Source: a virus (lineage: Duplodnaviria > Caudoviricetes). Taken from it: a stretch of 33,849 bases of DNA. The stretch's first letter is position 1, and each line of letters begins with the position of its first letter. Under the pieces are notes generated by a model, which saw only the letters and a list, made by a program, of their open reading frames with translations, made no database searches and had not been told where the DNA came from. Both the position numbers and the translations under genes were made by a program. Shown piece after piece: positions 32,474 through 33,849 of the stretch. The DNA is taken from positions 1 through 33,849 of IMG/VR virus record IMGVR_UViG_3300043120_000151; one strand, written 5' to 3'.

Positions 32474-33681
32474 CCATGTGCCGAATTCAGCGTGGAGTCG
32501 ATAATGGACAGGCGCTTTCGTTCCTGCCCCGGTATCAGGTGGGCATACCGCTGCGTCATGGACAGCGTTCTGTGCCGCATGAGGGTCTTCAATTCGATCA
32601 GCGATACTTCTCCGCTCTGGGCAAGCCAGCTGCCGAAGGTGTGGCGAAGCGTGTGGAAGGTAATCGCGAATCGCGAATCGCCGCCGCTGGTGTCTATGCC
32701 GAGTTCGTGCACTGTGCGCATGAAGGTGTCGCTGATCCGGTCCACAGGTTCGCCGCTGTCGCCGCGCTTCTGAAAAATGTATTCGCTGCCGGTGCGGCCG
32801 TATTCCATCAGCATGGCGATAATATCGTCCGGCGCGTGGATGGACTCCATTTTGCCACCCTTTGCCGTGATGTGCAGCACACCTGCCTGTGCGTTTACAT
32901 CCTGCCCGCGCAGCTTGAATATCTCGGTGGCGCGTATGCCCGTCTTGAGCGACAGGTACGCCATGTCATGCAGTTGCGGGCTTTTCTCGCGCAGGCTGGC
33001 GAGCAGGGCGGTTGCTTCCTGCGGGGTGAAGAAGCGCAGGCGTCCGTTTTCAACCTTTGGCATCTGCCATGCCCCGTTCTGTCTGCTGGAAAACGGGTTG
33101 CTGCCGTTCCAGTCTCCCGTGGCTATGGCTCTGTTGACGGCGCGGCGGAGAAAGCTGAACTGGTGGGCGATGGTCTGCGGAGAAAGAGTTCGTGCAGGGG
33201 GAGCAACATAGCCTGCCTTAATGCGTTTGGGCGTTTTGAGTTCCGCCCGTGTGTTGGCAAGCTCGGCTTTGATGCTGGACAGGACACCCGCTGTGATGGC
33301 GGTTATGGGCATGGCGTGGAGCTTGGCGCGCAAGTGCTTGTCGTACTGCTGCATGGGGCGGTCTACATGCTTGCCTTCTGCGCTGGCCCATACGGCGTAA
33401 GCGTCTACCGCCTGACCGACAGTGAACTGGACGCGCCGGGCAGGGTTCGTTCCCGCTTCAAGCTGGGCAAGGAACTCGCTTCTGGCTTGCCGAGCGAACT
33501 GAGGGCGAACCCCCTTGCTGTGTCTGCCAACGGTTTTCCAGTGGCCTTTGCCTGCGGCATCACTCCACCAGAAACAATACACGCGGTCCGGCTCGCCGGT
33601 GCGGGCATCCTTCTTCTGGGACAGGCGATAGTACACGCCGTCGAACTTTGTTTTGATGTATTTTCTGCTCTGCGCTGCCAT
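32470..33681 (-). CDS. int: Tyrosine recombinase / phage integrase
   Basis: TGIRATEI (R), AKGG (K), FHTLRHTFG (HxxR), MRH and TQRYAH (Y). Confidence 0.97.
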   Translation of the reverse strand: MAAQSRKYIKTKFDGVYYRLSQKKDARTGEPDRVYCFWWSDAAGKGHWKTVGRHSKGVRPQFARQARSEFLAQLEAGTNPARRVQFTVGQAVDAYAVWASAEGKHVDRPMQQYDKHLRAKLHAMPITAITAGVLSSIKAELANTRAELKTPKRIKAGYVAPPARTLSPQTIAHQFSFLRRAVNRAIATGDWNGSNPFSSRQNGAWQMPKVENGRLRFFTPQEATALLASLREKSPQLHDMAYLSLKTGIRATEIFKLRGQDVNAQAGVLHITAKGGKMESIHAPDDIIAMLMEYGRTGSEYIFQKRGDSGEPVDRISDTFMRTVHELGIDTSGGDSRFAITFHTLRHTFGSWLAQSGEVSLIELKTLMRHRTLSMTQRYAHLIPGQERKRLSIIDSTLNSAHG

Positions 33682-33720
33682 GCTCCCTATCTACGCGTTG
33701 CCCCCCTTTGCAGCAAGATA

Positions 33721-33742
33721 CTTATCCAAAACTTATCCAAAA
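33721..33742. repeat. Tandem 11-bp direct repeat CTTATCCAAAA x2 (candidate integrase arm-type sites)
   Basis: 33721-33731 and 33732-33742, between int and the tRNA 3' end. Confidence 0.7.
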
Positions 33743-33744
33743 CG

Positions 33745-33779
33745 AAAAAAGCGGCCAGCCTGTTTAAGGCTAACCGCTT
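33745..33779 (-). terminator. Terminator downstream of the tRNA
   Basis: Minus strand AAGCGGTTAGCCT-TAAAC-AGGCTGGCCGCTT followed by a T run. Confidence 0.8.
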
Positions 33780-33788
33780 GTATTTACA

Positions 33789-33849
33789 TGGTGGGTCGTG
33801 CGGGGCTCGAACCTGCGACTCTCTGCTTAAAAGGCAGATACTCTACCGA
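33789..33849 (-). tRNA. tRNA-Lys(TTT), 5' part outside the window; integration site
   Basis: Minus strand ...TCGGTAGAGTA TCTGC-CTTTTAA-GCAGA GAGTC GCAGG-TTCGAGC-CCCGC ACGACCC A CCA: anticodon TTT, T-loop and encoded CCA. Confidence 0.95.

Larger units (their letters stand above)
1..33849. mobile_element. Temperate prophage (siphovirus-like, lambda-type head/tail gene order), right part, integrated at tRNA-Lys
   Basis: Contiguous portal, capsid, lysis, tail, repressor, xis and integrase genes ending at a tRNA 3' end. The left boundary lies outside the window. Confidence 0.97.

Noticed and set aside
1-33849. Host assignment (gene style reminiscent of Desulfovibrio-type prophages)
   Set aside because: An impression only; no host genes other than a partial tRNA are present.

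Overview
The window is the right-hand part of a temperate siphovirus-type prophage integrated at the 3' end of a tRNA-Lys(TTT) gene (minus strand, cut off by the window end). The terminase, replication genes and left att site are not in the window. Order on the + strand: Ogr/Delta-like zinc-finger activator, gpW-like adaptor, lambda-type portal, protease-scaffold-capsid fusion, DUF2190-like cement protein, lysis cassette (holin, GH108 endolysin, lipoprotein, small protein), neck/fibre genes, and a full lambda-like tail module (tube, G/GT frameshift chaperones, tape measure, M/L/K/IJ-like tip, fibre and chaperone), then TraR. An accessory block at 21.8-24.3 kb follows, then an immunity region (CI with two tandem DNA-binding domains, Cro-like, CII-like), an early operon with a Dam-type methylase, an excisionase and a tyrosine integrase. 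The best candidates for undescribed biology are: (1) a PAS-PAS-CI-type HTH sensor with a divergent small ORF near the repressor, a possible signal-responsive lysis-lysogeny switch; (2) a self-contained cassette of strong promoter, acidic small protein and ribbon-helix-helix gene, with acr-aca architecture; (3) a head-closure (gpFII-like) domain fused to the end of a repeat-stalk adhesin; (4) a late promoter with an Ogr-type palindrome embedded in an RBS-sequestering hairpin; (5) a ~215-nt structured intergenic RNA. All family assignments come from motif recognition and gene order by eye; no searches were run.
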